Part shown: piece by piece, positions 26,269 to 39,342 of the stretch | How positions within the stretch are numbered: the stretch's first letter is position 1 | Layout: every line of letters begins with the position of its first letter | Notes under the pieces: generated by a model | Databases searched by the model: none | What the model was told of the DNA's origin: nothing | Seen by the model: only the letters and a program-made list of their open reading frames with translations | Source: Octopus vulgaris | Taxonomy: Eukaryota | NCBI GenBank assembly: GCA_951406725.2 | Contig: OX597815.1 | Span: 135,222,001-135,286,000, forward strand | Reading direction: 5' to 3' | DNA length: 64,000 nt | Position numbers and translations under genes: made by a program

Positions 26269-27721
26269 CATATATATAAATAAGGAGCTTCTACAGTTTC
26301 TGTCTACCAAATACACTAACAAGGCATCGATTGGTTGAACATGGTGGCATGTGGCTGCTAAGAGAACCTCTGAACCCCACATCTATGCCTATAATATACA
26401 TCTACACACACATACATATATAAAGAGATATGCATGTGTATGTAAATACATAAACATTTTCGTGCATTAACAATATTAAATAAGATGCTCAAAGCAGCCT
26501 GAACTATAGCAAACAAGAAAATATAAAGAAAATGAAAACAAAACAGATTCTATTAAAGAAAGAAAGAAAGAAACAAACAAACAAAGAGAGAGAGAGAGAG
26601 AGAGAAAAGGGGGGGGGGGGATCACAAGCATTCCTAGAGAGAAAGTGAGAATGAAAGAGGGAGAGCTATAGGGGAAATAAATAAATCTGTTTAATTAACA
26701 CAATATATTTATCAGACATTAAAATCACGTTTTTGTGGCTGATTACCACAACTTAGTAAAATGTTAGCAACACCAATAATTTAAATTAAATAATTTCTTT
26801 TAAAGACTTCTTAAAACCTTTCAGTCTGAGATTGGCCTGTGAACCAACATATATTACCAGCTAATCTATATTCCCAAGGAGGAAAAAAAAAAAAAAAAGA
26901 ATAAAAGTTGGGTGGGGAAGCAACAAAATGAATATTTAATTAGTGCTAATTGTTGTTGTTGTTGTTGTTGTTCATCCCCAGGTCATTTCTGAAGCAGACC
27001 TACCTAAGTTCAAAGTCATTGCGGCTAAGATTATATTTCGTTCTTTTTTGTTTTCTTTGTCAGGGACTATATTGTGCAATGCATTCATTAATTTTTAAGA
27101 CTCTTATCTTTTAAGATTTAATGACTTGGTTGAATTTCTAGCAAGTCAAGCAACCACAAAGTAGCTCAGATTTTTGTTCCAAATTTTAGCGATGTAGAAA
27201 TACATAAATATATTTATAACTTTACTTATACACTCATTCGTAAAGGACATTGTCTTGTTTGTTTATCTGTTTTCTATTTATATCTGATTATGGTTACATA
27301 GCCTCAATATCAATACTTATTGACTGAAATGATAGTATTAGCATTTGTGGGTTTAAGCTATGTATTACTAACTAAATCAAGGATAAATTCATGTCACTAG
27401 AGTTCAGAAAAGCATGATTTAACAACACAAAATATGCGAAGTGACGAAATGGGAAAAGCAGTCGCAAGATATGATATACAGATAAGAAAAGAAAATGCAA
27501 TATCATTTTGCTTGTCCATTACTTATGTCCTCCAAGTATTCCTTAGTTCTGTAATTTTACTGACTTCAGTTTCTAAACAGCAATAATTCTGGGGCACAAC
27601 CTTTAGGTAGTTGTGATTTTTCATTTTTGTTACTTTTAGATTAAAGAAAGTTAAAAAAAAGTATTGAGATATAAAATACAATAGCAGGTAAATCTCCCTC
27701 AAGTAATACCCTAAAAAAAAA

Positions 27722-28000
27722 AACTGGCATTCTGTTGGTTATGATAAGGGTTCTATTTGATCTGATCTGTGAAATTAATGTGCAAGTGGCTGAATCATAT
27801 GCTTAACATAGTTTTCCGGGAGATTCAGTATTACACAGAATGTAACAAGGCCGACCCTTTGAAAAAGAGGTACTACTCATTTTTGCCAGCTGAGTGGAGT
27901 GGAGCAATGTGGAATAAAGTGTCTTGCTCAAAGACATAATACACCAGTGGGAATTGATCTCGTGACCTTACAATCTAATCACTATGTCATGCATCTTCAC
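27722..28000 (-). mobile_element. Old tRNA-SINE with Nin/Deu-like central domain
   Basis: Minus strand GTCTTTGAGCAAGACACTTTATT...CTCCACTCAGCTGGCAAAAATGAGTAGTACC, resembling GTCCACCCAGCTG..AATGGGTACC. Confidence 0.6.
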
Positions 28001-29010
28001 TTTTAGATTAAAGAAATTTAAGAAAAGTATTGAGATATGAAATATGATTGTAGGTAAATCTCCCTCAATTTCTGCCCTTACAGTCTTTAATAAACAAGGG
28101 CACAATTAACGAAATAATAACCAAGTGAAACATAATGAAAATATATACAGAGTGACATAAAAGGTCAATGAATTCTATGATATATAAAAAGACAAAATAG
28201 TTGTAGTTGGAACAAACACCTCTGATCATAAGTCTGCTCCATCAAAAGTGACCTTAGGCTAAAAAGTAATAACAAGCAGACATTATGCAGGCAGACTGAG
28301 ATGAAACTAAATAGCTAGACTGATAGTTGAATGCATTACTAAAATGCATAAACTTATAGGTAACATGATAGAGGAAAAGATAAATAAAACAAACACAAAT
28401 AGAAAAATAAAGACAGATAAACAGAAAGGATAGAGACATAGAGATAAATTCATACCAAAAGGTGTGCCAGCTAAAAACGTAAATATCTGACAAGTATACT
28501 TACTTACACACATGCATCACATACATACAGACTTAGACACGGAATACATACAGCCTAACACAAAAATATGCACACCCATACATAGTCAAATGAGTGTGGA
28601 TGTGTGTGTGTGTGTGTGTGCGATTACAGAGATAAAGAAAAGTATTAGGTTAAGTATTTGAAAGAGTAAGTAAACAAAGTTAAACATTTCAATGGTTGAA
28701 AGGGTGGGGGGTATCAACAACAGCTGATTGCATAAAAGCATCCCATTATACAAATACATATTTCTATATATGCAAATGTGAGTGTGGGTGGGTGGGTGCA
28801 CACTCACACACATATTCCCACCTATGTGTATACATACATGTGTGCATAAGTGTTTCTGTATGTGCATGTATCTAAACATACATATGTTTGTATACACATA
28901 CATGTGCGTGTGAGTATATGTGTTTACACATACAAACATGCATACATGTGTGTGTGTGTGTGTTAGTGTGTATACAAGCATATACACACACATACATATA
29001 GATATATATA

Positions 29011-29396
29011 CATCATCATCATCATCATTTAACGTTCGATATCCATGCTAACATGCGTTGAACGATTTGACTGAGGACTGGCGAACCAGATGGCTGCACC
29101 AGGTTCCAACCTGATCTGGCAGAGTTTCTACAGCTGGATGCCGTTCCAAACACCAACCACTTCGAGAGTATAGTGGGTGCTTTTACATGCCACCGGCACG
29201 AGGGTCAGTATGGCAGTACTGGCAACAGCCACGCTCAAATGGTGTTTTTTACTTGCCACCTGCACAGGAGTCAGTTCAGCAGCACTGGCAACGACCTCGC
29301 TCGAACGTTTTGTTCACGTGCGACCTGCACAAGTGCCGGTAAGGCGTCGCTGGTAATGATCACGCTCAAATGGTGCTTTTTACGTGCCACTGGCAC
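29011..29396 (-). mobile_element. Family-A copy, 4 modules (left arm of a fold-back)
   Basis: Shares GATTTGACTGAGG.CTGG.GAACCAGATGGCTGCACC with the right arm. Confidence 0.9.
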
Positions 29397-29456
29397 ATAA
29401 AATGCATATATATGCCTGTATGCATTCACACACACACACACACACATATATATATT

Positions 29457-29910
29457 CTGTGCCAGTGGCACATAAAAGGCACCATTCGAGTGTGATCGTT
29501 ACCAGTGTCGCACTACTGGCACTCGAGCTCCGTGCTAGTAGAGTGTTAAGAGTACCATCTGAACATGATTGTTGCCAGAGCGGTGATCTGGCCTCTGCGC
29601 CGGTGGCACATAAAAGACACCATTCGAGCATGATCATTACCAGCATCGCCTTATTGGCACCTGTGCTGGCGGCACGTGTAAAAGATTTGAGCGAGGTCAT
29701 TGTCAGTACCGCCTGACTGGCCCTGTGCCAGTGACACATAAAAGCACCCACTAAACTCTCGGAGTGGTTGGCATTAGGAAGGGCAGCCAGCTGTAGAAAC
29801 TCTGCCAGATCAAGATTGAAGCCTGGTGCAGCCATCTGGTTCACCAGCCCTCAGTCAAATCGTCCAACCCATGCTAGCATAGAAAGCAGATGATAAACGA
29901 TGATGATGAT
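29457..29910 (+). mobile_element. Family-A copy, ~5 modules (right arm of a fold-back)
   Basis: Inverse of 29011-29396; (GAT)n tail. Confidence 0.9.
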
Positions 29911-30955
29911 ACATGTGCACACATGCACACACAGAGTTTATTGAAACTGAAGTTCTAGCTTGAGTTTCACATCTAAAGATTACAGTGGCATGAAACTCAC
30001 GTCATGTGATAAACATTCAGTATCATAAAACCACATACTCCGCATATGTTTTTAGTACCTCCTTTCATTGGTTCAACACAATTTGATACCAACTCAAAGC
30101 TAGTGTGTGTGTGTGTGTGTGTGCATACATTTGATACATCCTACCTTACTCTATTTGTATTGTTACCCATCACTCTCATTTGGATTCCATCAATTTGTTT
30201 TCAATCATTCACATTTGCTTTGACCACCTTTGGAGTCATCACTCTTCTCCTGTCACCACTCCAGTAAATTTGTGTCTACCACCTTACTCATGTTATTTTA
30301 ACACAAGCACACACTCTTTCTGGACTTCCCTCATTCTTCTCTTCGATCATATAACCAGAGTGAAAGTATATATCTTGGGTTATAGAACATCCTTCACACT
30401 TACAGTGTACAAGGCACAACCCTGATATGTTGATGCCATGATGGAAAACACCTACACTGTGCAACACTGGACAGCTTGGTGAGCAAGCAGAACTAAAATA
30501 AAGTTCAGCTGTCCCTTAGTCCTATTTCTCTGATGACCTGGCAACCTCTCTAGTGCTGGCATCACAATAAACTGAATGGCAAACAAGGAAAGAAAGGACA
30601 GAGTGATGAGCCATTAGTTCTGTCTCATGGTGGATATGACTTCTCCAATAATATGAAAAAAATCATCAAATACACTTTTATATGGTTGATGAGAAGCATC
30701 CAGATCCTACTTGAGCATTACTCCTTCTCTCTCTCTCTCTCATACATATGTAGGTACAAGTATGGTTGCGTGGCAAAAAATTTCCTTTGTGACAATGTAG
30801 TTTTAGGTTCAGTTCCATTTAATGGCATCTTGGGCAAATATCTTCTGATATAGACCACAGACTTTGTGAGTGTTATATATCAGTTCTAGTCAAACTGTCT
30901 AAACCATGCCAGCATGAAAACCAGATGCTAAATGATGACGATATATATGTATATA

Positions 30956-31584
30956 TTAGCCAAATAGCTGGTCGTTGCCAGACAATTTTTACAATAGAAT
31001 ATCTTATATCAATTTTTGATTATTCCATGTCAAATCATGCCTTCCCCAACAGATCAGGACAGATTTGTGCAACTTTCTGCAAAAAAACTTAGTTGAGAAT
31101 TTTTTCCATTTTAAATTATTTACATGTCTGTTTGACCATTTCACATGACTTTATTTATTAAAACTTACTAAAACTTCAGAAGTTCTTACAACTTTGGTTG
31201 TTGTAATGCTTTACTTTCATTTGTTTAATAAAATTTCTCCTTGTAATGATTTTGCTTTCATTTTGTGATAGACAGCTATCATGCAGAAAATACCAGCTTC
31301 CAAATCCTGTTTTCTGATTAGGTAAAATTGATTAAACTTTAAACTTCAGTAACATTTATTGGCAATTTTTCTGGAACAAATAAATAACAAAATCGGATTT
31401 AATGTGGAAAATTATTTCAATATACCAAATTTTAAAATTTTGACATAATTTTAAAATTTCACAATATGTGACAGCAACAGGGAAGACCCTACAAAAGTAG
31501 AGAGACAGACAGTTATAGGACATCATACACACACAAATGTAGACACAGGTAATCACAAGTTTAAAATGGTGAGTAGTAGACATA

Positions 31585-31650
<66 letters not shown>

Positions 31651-32120
31651 AATGTTTCTTTGTGATGAACAGCAGAAAAGTCACCTACCCACTCTCTCCT
31701 TAAAGCTATGTATTCTTCACACCCACCTTTCTTTCCCTTCCTCATCATTTTAAAATTTAGTTGAGTATGTGTGTGTGTGTGTGCATGTATCTACGCATTT
31801 ATGAAAGTATGTATGCAGCATCGCGTGTATATCTGTGAATGACAGCTGTATTAACATTATCATCCCACTGCCACTCCATAGTTGTCGCTTACAGAATGCT
31901 GTTCTCACCTGCTCTGATATCAACCACACTCTTGCAAATAATAGCCTAATGCTCTAGGGGGAAGCCATTATAGATTTTTATTGAAATTCAATTAGCCTAT
32001 AATTGAACTGGATGTTAGTTTAGCATGTATGCAAAGTTTCATCAAGATTGGTTCACTGGTGTAGGCAGCAATATGGTAACAGACAGATCAACAAACAGAA
32101 ATTGCCATTTATGTATAAGA
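30956..32120 (-). mobile_element. Older non-autonomous Helitron, ~1.16 kb, with internal microsatellites
   Basis: 5' A|TCTTATACATAAATGGCA; subterminal AAGTTTCATCA.GA.T.GGTT..ACAGAC shared with 15885-16257; 3' end CTAA|T (decayed CTAG) with imperfect CTGG..CCAG hairpin; pairing of the two ends is inferred. Confidence 0.55.
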
Positions 32121-32254
32121 TATATATATATATATATATCATGATCATCCTTGTTTAACGTCCGCCTTTCATGCTAGCATGGGTGGGACAGTTTCACAAG
32201 AGCCAGCTAACACCAACTACTCATATATATATATATATATATAAAATACACACA

Positions 32255-32485
32255 TGTGATCAACCAGACTATCATATATTACTACACATCACTGGTCACA
32301 ATGCATTTTTCACTAAAAAGCTTCCGAATGATGCCACCTCACTGGCTAGGCAAGCAGGCCAACATCCTCCCCCTATCAATTGAAAGTGGAGACTGGAGTA
32401 ATATGAAATGAAGTGTTTTGCTAAAGAACACAAAGTGCCACCAGGTCCAGGAAATGAACCCATGATCTGGTGATCGCAAGTGCAA
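32255..32485 (-). mobile_element. SINE sharing its 3' half with the SINE at 46397 but with a different head and body
   Basis: Reverse complement contains TGTTGGCCTGCTTGCCTAGCCAG..GGTGGCATCATT..GCATTGTGACCAGTGATGTGTAG; head resembles 27722-28000. Confidence 0.7.
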
Positions 32486-32519
32486 AGGCTGCTCCTCCTG
32501 GTGAAGAGCACTGATCTAC

Positions 32520-32762
32520 AAGCATCCTGTGCTGGTGCCACATAAAAAGCATTCATACTGGTACTACATCAGAGTACTTGTACAGTGCTACGTTAAAAGC
32601 ACCCAGCACACACTGTAAAATGGTTGGCATTAGGAAGGGCATCCAGCTGTAGAAACCAAGCTAAATAAGACTGGAATCTAGTGTAGTACTCTGGCTTGTC
32701 AGTTCTGGTCATGCCATCCAACCCATGCCAGCATAGAAAACAGACATTAAAGGATGATGATG
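32520..32762 (+). mobile_element. Family-A tail with short modules
   Basis: GTGCTGGTGCCACATAAAAAGCA units then core and tail. Confidence 0.8.
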
Positions 32763-33060
32763 ACATACATGCATATGTGTGTGCGTGTGTGTGTGTGTGT
32801 GTGTTCCCTTGACATCATATATTAATTGTGAATAAACGTCACAGTCATACAAGCAGTGTCATTCATTTACAATCTTCTTTGAAAATATATTTGGCTGTTG
32901 TGCTATTTATGTTCAAAAGTTTAGAGGAAATATTACCTTGCGTGCAAACAAGGGAAGATTGGCAACAGGAAAGGTCATAAAAAACCTGCATCAACAAATT
33001 TTGTATGACCCATGCAAGCATGGAAAAGTGGGTATTAAAAGGAAGATGATGAAATGAGTT

Positions 33061-33440
33061 GCCAGCATGGCTGTGTGCTAAGAAGCTTGCTTCCCAACCA
33101 CATGGCTCTGGGTTCAGTCCTACTGCATGGCACCTTGGGCAAGAGCCTTCTACTATTGCCTCAGGTCAACCAAAGAGTGGATTTGGTAGATGGAAACTGA
33201 AAGAAGCCCGTCGTGTATATATTTATGTATATGTCAGTGTGTGTTTATCCCTCCACCATTGCTTGACAACCAATGTTGGTGGGTTTATGTCCCTGTAACT
33301 TAGCAGTTTGACAAAAGAAAATGATAGGATAAGTACTAGGCTTACAAAGAATAAGTTCTGGGGTCAATTTAATCGACTAATGGCAGTGCTCCAGCATGGC
33401 TGCAACCAAATGACTGAAATGAGTTAAAGAATAAAAGAAT
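33061..33440 (+). mobile_element. Family-B SINE
   Basis: TGGCTGTGTG..GGGTTCAGTCC..CACCTTGGGCAAG..CCAGCATGGCTGCA..AATGACTGAAA. Confidence 0.85.
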
Positions 33441-34639
33441 ATATATATATACATATATATTATCATTTAATATCTGTTTTCCATGTTAGCATAGATTGGG
33501 TCCTTTGGCAGAAACTGGTAAGACCAGGGTCCACAGTTGATTGAAGGGTAAGTTTTACTGCAGGTCTTTCCTTTAGAATGCAAATCACTGCAACAAATAC
33601 TGCAAAGCATCCCATCAAATGCTCTACCAATTCCACCAACCCAACATTTTGGACTAATACTTTATCAGCCCAAAAGAATGGCAAAAATTAATAAAATAAC
33701 CTTAGTGGAATTTGAACTCAGAACACATAGATAAATAATTTGTGTATGTATACATATGTACATAGACAATAGCTATCACGTGTTTTATTGCATGTAACTC
33801 TAATGCAATACACCTGAGCAAGATACATGGCTTTCTTTGCATTACAAAAGCAAAAACTAAAAATGCTGTTCTCCATAGCTAATTTGAAATTTGCCACAAC
33901 TGTGTGTGTGTGTGTATGTATGTGTATTGACTCATATACATAGTGTTAAAAAGCTGTAGACGAGGTATAGACTCAATCCAAAGTAAGGTAACAAAAGAGG
34001 AATTAAAAAAATTTATAAATATTTTACATAATGGGAAAAGCAATGTTGTGTAAGACATCTATTGTGTGTGTGTATGTATATGTGTGTGTGTGTATGTATA
34101 TGTGTCTGTGTGCATGTGTGTATATATTCATGAACACACATACACATATGTGTGTGTACATATATGCGCCTGCGTGTATTTACATACACACTCACACAAA
34201 TATATACATGTGTGTGAAATCTGATCAAGAGAAGTGAACCAGTAAGTTAATATGCTAGAAGATCAAAATAGTTGCTGCTTGGTTCTTAGTTCCTTCTGCA
34301 GCAGTCAATGACCTGCATTTCTAGTGGCTGGTTGTTAGTTCATTCAACAGATGTCAATGACCTAAGTGTCTCTACTGATGAATCAAAACCTGTTGTCTGC
34401 ATCGAATAATATTTTCATAAATCAGAAAGCAACATTTAGACTGTGCCTAATATACCAAACATAGCTCTGTTGAAGCAAAATTAAGAAATCAAATACAGCC
34501 ACTGCAATAAAATCACAAGAATAACATTGCATACTCTCACAAAGATGCATGCACTTTTAGTGTTTTGTTATTGTTGCAATCATTTATGCATTTATATTTT
34601 GATCAAACCAGCAACATGGAATTAGCTGCTATGATACAG

Positions 34640-34865
34640 GGATGTAAACACACCAACACCAGTTGTCAAGCAATGATGGGAGAGGGACAAACATCAACAC
34701 ACACATGATGGGCTTCTTTCAGTTTCCATCTACCAAATCCACTCACAAGGCTTTGGTCAGCCTGAGGCTATAGTAGAAGACGTTTGCCCATTTGCCAAGC
34801 AGTGGGACTGAACCCAGAACCACGTGGTTGGGAAGCAAACTTCTTACCACACAGCCACACCTGTA
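34640..34865 (-). mobile_element. Partial family-B SINE
   Basis: Matches the family-B head and body. Confidence 0.8.
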
Positions 34866-35208
34866 CCTACATATATATATGTGTGTGTGTATCATCATTT
34901 AACGTCTACTTTTCCATTCTTGCATGGGTTGGACAGAGTTTCTGCAGTCCAATGCTCTTTCAGTTACCAACTCTCAGCTGTTTCCAAGTAAGATAACATT
35001 TCTCCATAACCAAACCAGTTTTCACAGAAGACTGTAAACAAAGAACACCATTCCTTTGACTATGATGTTTGTTTACAGCTATCACAAAAAGTCATGGTAA
35101 CAGACAGTGAGACACACACATACACAAACACACACACAGTTTACTGTTTCATTATTGGGAAAATTAAAAAAAAAAAAAGAAAAACAATTATCTATGAGAG
35201 ATAAATAC

Positions 35209-35346
35209 CATTTAATAGACATGGTAACTTGAATACGAGCTACTATTAGTTTCATGCTGAGAAAACAATAAATTTGCCTGTTTATTGGGTTTTCACAGCA
35301 TTAAACTAATAGAAGCTTGTACTTAAGTTACTGTGTATATTAAATG
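35209..35346. mobile_element. Palindromic (hairpin) MITE-like element
   Basis: ~65-bp arms (35209-35272 / 35281-35346), roughly 85% complementary by eye, 8-nt spacer. Confidence 0.75.
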
Positions 35347-35839
35347 ATGCATAAACACGCATGCACGCACACACACACATGTATCGATATAATATATCTT
35401 ATTATTTCACTTAGGCATAATAATCTGGTGTTAGAAATCTACATACAGCTATAAGCTAATGAAGTTCATGAGATAATTTCTTATTCCCTTGTCATTTATT
35501 TAATTTCTTCTATACATAATATATAAACATACAAGATAATTCAAAAGGAAATCATAGGAAAGGAAAAACACATGTGAATGTTGTAAGTAATACATTGTGC
35601 TCATTGTTATATCTCAACTTACTGACAGCACCTCTGTACATGCTCATATGGCTCTCACAAGACATTCATCAATCCCTAGATTTCTCTGTGACCATCAGAT
35701 TACAGTATGAGGTATTCTGTCATACCTAAAGATATATGCCTATATATACAGATATGTATGCACAAAGTTAAAATCTCCCTATTCCAGTTTTTGTTTTCAT
35801 ATCTGAAATTTCTTTTATAATTCTCCTACAGAATCCACT

Positions 35840-36190
35840 ATAGAAACTCAGTGATCAGCGTATAGGAGTTCTCATGGCAATGAGTCCTTAAAGTCCTATG
35901 CCATAGCCTGGATGATTATAACGAACAACAGGAGGCTGAGGCATAAATCCTGATGCACCTCAACTTCACACTCATTTATCGTTATACTAATTACTACCTT
36001 TCATTTTTCTGCAACATGTCCTGTACAGCCCTCATAAGACATTTGTTTACTCTTAGCTTCCTCAGCAACCATCACCTTACAGAGCATGGAACCCAGTCAA
36101 ACAACTTCTCTAGGTTGACAAATGTCTAGTATAGAGGCTTTCACCTGGCTAGATACTTCCCCTGGAGTTTTCTCATTCAGAAGATGGCCT
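35840..36190 (-). mobile_element. Older RTE reverse transcriptase remnant
   Basis: AIF..RKLQGKYLAR.KPLY.TFVNLEKLFDWVP.. and ELLYADH; parallels 37785-38072. Confidence 0.7.
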
Positions 36191-36439
36191 CAGCAGAAGC
36201 TCCAGTACTTCTTGTGGTACAAAACAAAACTCCATTGCATTGGTTTTAATAGTTTTCTTAATCAGATGCAATATTATCCTTTCAGTCTATTATACATTCA
36301 TTATAAGCACCAATTGAAGAAAGCAAAGAAACAGGCATGTATCACATAGCAGGTGATTATGTTACCACTTGCCCAATGGAGCTCCTGCCCAATCCCCACA
36401 ATCTCAAATTGGGCAGTAAATATATTTTTTGTACTTCAA

Positions 36440-38400
36440 CATCATCATCGTTGCTTAACATCTGCTTTCCATGCTGGCATGGGTTGAACAGTTTGACTGG
36501 GGACTGGCAAGCCAGATGGCTATACCAGGCACCAATCTGATCTGGCAAGATTTCTACAGCTGAATGCCTTTCCTAATGCCAACCACTTTGAGAGTGTAGT
36601 GGGTGTTTTTTATGTACCATTGGCACAAGGGCCAGTCAAGTGGTACTGGCATCGACCACAACAGAATGGTGCTTTTTACATGCCACCAGCACAAGAGCAG
36701 TCAAGTGGCACTGGCATCAACCATGCTCAAATGGTACTTTTTATGCGTCACAGGCATGGGTACCAGTTATGTGGTACTGGCACTGGCCACAACAATGACT
36801 TCACTTGACTCAGCAGATCTTTGCAAGCACAGTTTATTGCCCAATGATTGAAGGATACTCTTAAATGGGCCAGTTATGCTGCACTGGCATAGGCCATGGT
36901 TATGGTCTCACTTGGCTTGCCAGGTCTTCTCAAGTACAGCATATTTCCAAAGGTCTCGGTCACTTGTCATCGCCTCCGTGGGGCCCAGCATTAGAAGGTT
37001 GTGCTTCACCACCTCATCCCAGGTCTTCTTGGATCTACTTCTTCCACAGGTTCCCTCTACTGCTAGTGTGTGACACTTTTTCACACAGCTCTCCTCATCC
37101 ATACGCAACACATGACCATACCAGCCCAGTCGCCTCTCTTACATACCATATCTGATGCTTCTTAGGCCCAACTTTTCTCTCAGGGTGCTTATACTCTGTC
37201 GTGTATGCACACTGACATTACACATCCAGCGGAGCATACTAGCTTCATTCTTTGCAAGCTTACACATGTCCTCAACAGTCATGACCCATGTTTCACTACC
37301 ATGTAGCATGGCTGTTTGCATACATGTGTCATACAGTTTACCTTTTACACTGAGCGATGGGCCCTTTGTCACCAGCAGAGGAAGGAGCTCACTGAACTTT
37401 GCTCTGGCTATTTTTATTCTAACAGATACTCTCTCAGAGCTTCTACCTTGATATTGCTGCACCTTTTATGTGTCCATAGCTTAAACTGAGCGCATCTTAT
37501 GGAGTTTCTACCTATGCTTTTTCTAAAGATCGAGCAGAGCCATCTACCTGAAGGGATGTGTGATTTGTCTGCCTTCCTACTTATTAAGACTTTGGTTTTT
37601 GCTAGATTAAGCCCTTTGATTCTAGACCTTGCTTCCACACCTAAAACTTCTCTAGTTCTGATAGTAACAGAGCTATTAGAGCAAGGTCATCAGCATGGAG
37701 GAGCTCCCAGGAACATCCTGTCTTGAATTCCTCTGTTACTGCCTGGAGGACTATGATGAATAAGAGGGGGCTGAGGACTGATCCTTAGTAGACCCCTACA
37801 TGGAATTCTTCACTATACTCATTGCCAACCCACACCTTAATGATAGCATCCCTGTACATGGCTTGTACAGCTCTCACTAACCACTCATCTATCCCTGATT
37901 TTCGCATTAACCACCAGATAAAGGATCGGGGGACTCTGTCAAAGGTTTTCTCCATGTCAACAAAAGTCAGATATAGCGGTTTATCTTTGGCTAGGTATTT
38001 CTCCTGCAACTGTCTTATCAGAAATATAGCATGTGGTGCTTTTCCTTGGTACAAACCCAAACTGCATCTCATCTAAACTATGTCTCTCCCTAATTAGTTG
38101 GGCTATGACCCTCTTTGTGACTTTCATTACCTGATCCAACAACTTGATACCTCTCTAATTATTCGAATCTAATTCATCACTTTTACCTTTGTAGCAGCTG
38201 ACTAATGGTGCTGCTACACCAGTCAGTAGGAATGACTCCATGTATCACCTGACTGACTATCCGTGTGACTAGACTATAGCCAATACCACCAAATATTTTA
38301 AGCATCTCTGCAGTGATTCCTGATGGGCCAGGGGCTTTCCCTGTCTTCATACCCTTAATTGCTTTATCTACCAAGGTACTGTCAATTCAGATAGCTTGTC
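36440..38400 (-). mobile_element. 5'-truncated RTE-clade LINE: RT pseudogene plus complete 3' UTR (source of family A)
   Basis: KAIKGMKTGKAPGPSGI; AIFLIRQLQEKYLAKDKPLYLTFVDMEKTFDRVPR; WELLHADDL; RIKIARAKF..KGKLY..MLHGSETW; VEGTCGRSRSKKTWDEVV; stop at ~36908, then 3' UTR with modules and (GAT)n; frameshifts and an internal deletion. Confidence 0.95.
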
Positions 38401-38424
38401 TACAGAATACCAGCATAGGCATGG

Positions 38425-38473
<49 letters not shown>

Positions 38474-38761
38474 CTGAGTTGTGAGCTATTAAGACTTAAG
38501 AAATGTTATAGATATATCAATTATTTACTATTTATTTTTTTTTGTTACTAATGAGTATTTATTCATTAGAAAAGGTTCTGTAAAATTATTATTAATATGG
38601 AAGTGACAGGCTTCAGTAAGTTCAGACATATCCCTGGCTGGTACAAATGCAGATCCACCCTACACATCTCCCATGACAAACTATAACCTCTCATTATAAC
38701 ATCCATCATCTCATGGCAACTTCCTCCACACCACTAAACAATCACCTCTTTTCTTGAGCCC

Positions 38762-38921
38762 ACTAACATAGCTAGAGAGGGGCAGAGGGGTGGTCCACCT
38801 AGGACAGCCCTCTTTTATTGGGGTGGCACCACTTTTGGGTCAGCTGTAGGCAAGATGTATTTGGGTGGAAGATAACAAACTGAAGGACTGCTCTGGGCAG
38901 CTCACACTCTTGCTACACTGG
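38762..38921. mobile_element. Degenerate GC-rich MITE-like element (hAT-like ends)
   Basis: catagctagagagggg.. and ..cacactcttgctacactg are loosely inverted; no TSD seen. Confidence 0.3.
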
Positions 38922-39135
38922 AGCTTGAGCCCTCTCCTAGGGCTCCAGAAATTCTTTAGCTGATAATCTCCACCCATCACGGTGACTCACAACAGTTCCT
39001 CCACCTCTAATGACAACATCCATAACCTTTTACACCAAATTTCCCCACTCTACTCATTACAATCAAGGTGTAAAAAAAAGAATAAAGGTAAGACATCAGC
39101 AAATGAGACATGGAACTTATAATCCTTAATACTTA

Positions 39136-39342
39136 TTTCTTTACTACACACAAGGGGCTAAACATAGAGGGGACAAACAAGGACAGACAAACGTATTAAG
39201 TCAATTATATCTACCCCAGTGCATAACTGGTACTTATTTAATTGACCCCGAAAGGATGAAAGGCAAAGTCGACCTCGGCGGAATTTGAACTCAGAACATA
39301 GCAGCAGACGAAATACGGCTACACATTTCGCCCGGCGTGCTA
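39136..39342 (-). mobile_element. Family-C SINE, 5' end clipped
   Basis: Closely matches 8975-9180. Confidence 0.85.

Noticed and set aside
25507-26283. Overlapping ORFs rich in Y/I/H/T/C/V (also near 19860, 28586, 34013, 42275, 44123, 52436)
   Set aside because: Translations of (TA)n/(CA)n microsatellites that lack stop codons
29173-29844. ORFs up to 154 aa with repeated CHRH/ATGT motifs (also 4039-4385, 12918-13322)
   Set aside because: Read-through of the non-coding family-A modules; frames are not conserved between copies
36908-38374. Active RT gene or host CDS
   Set aside because: Frameshifts, stops, HADD in place of YADD, internal deletion and 5' truncation
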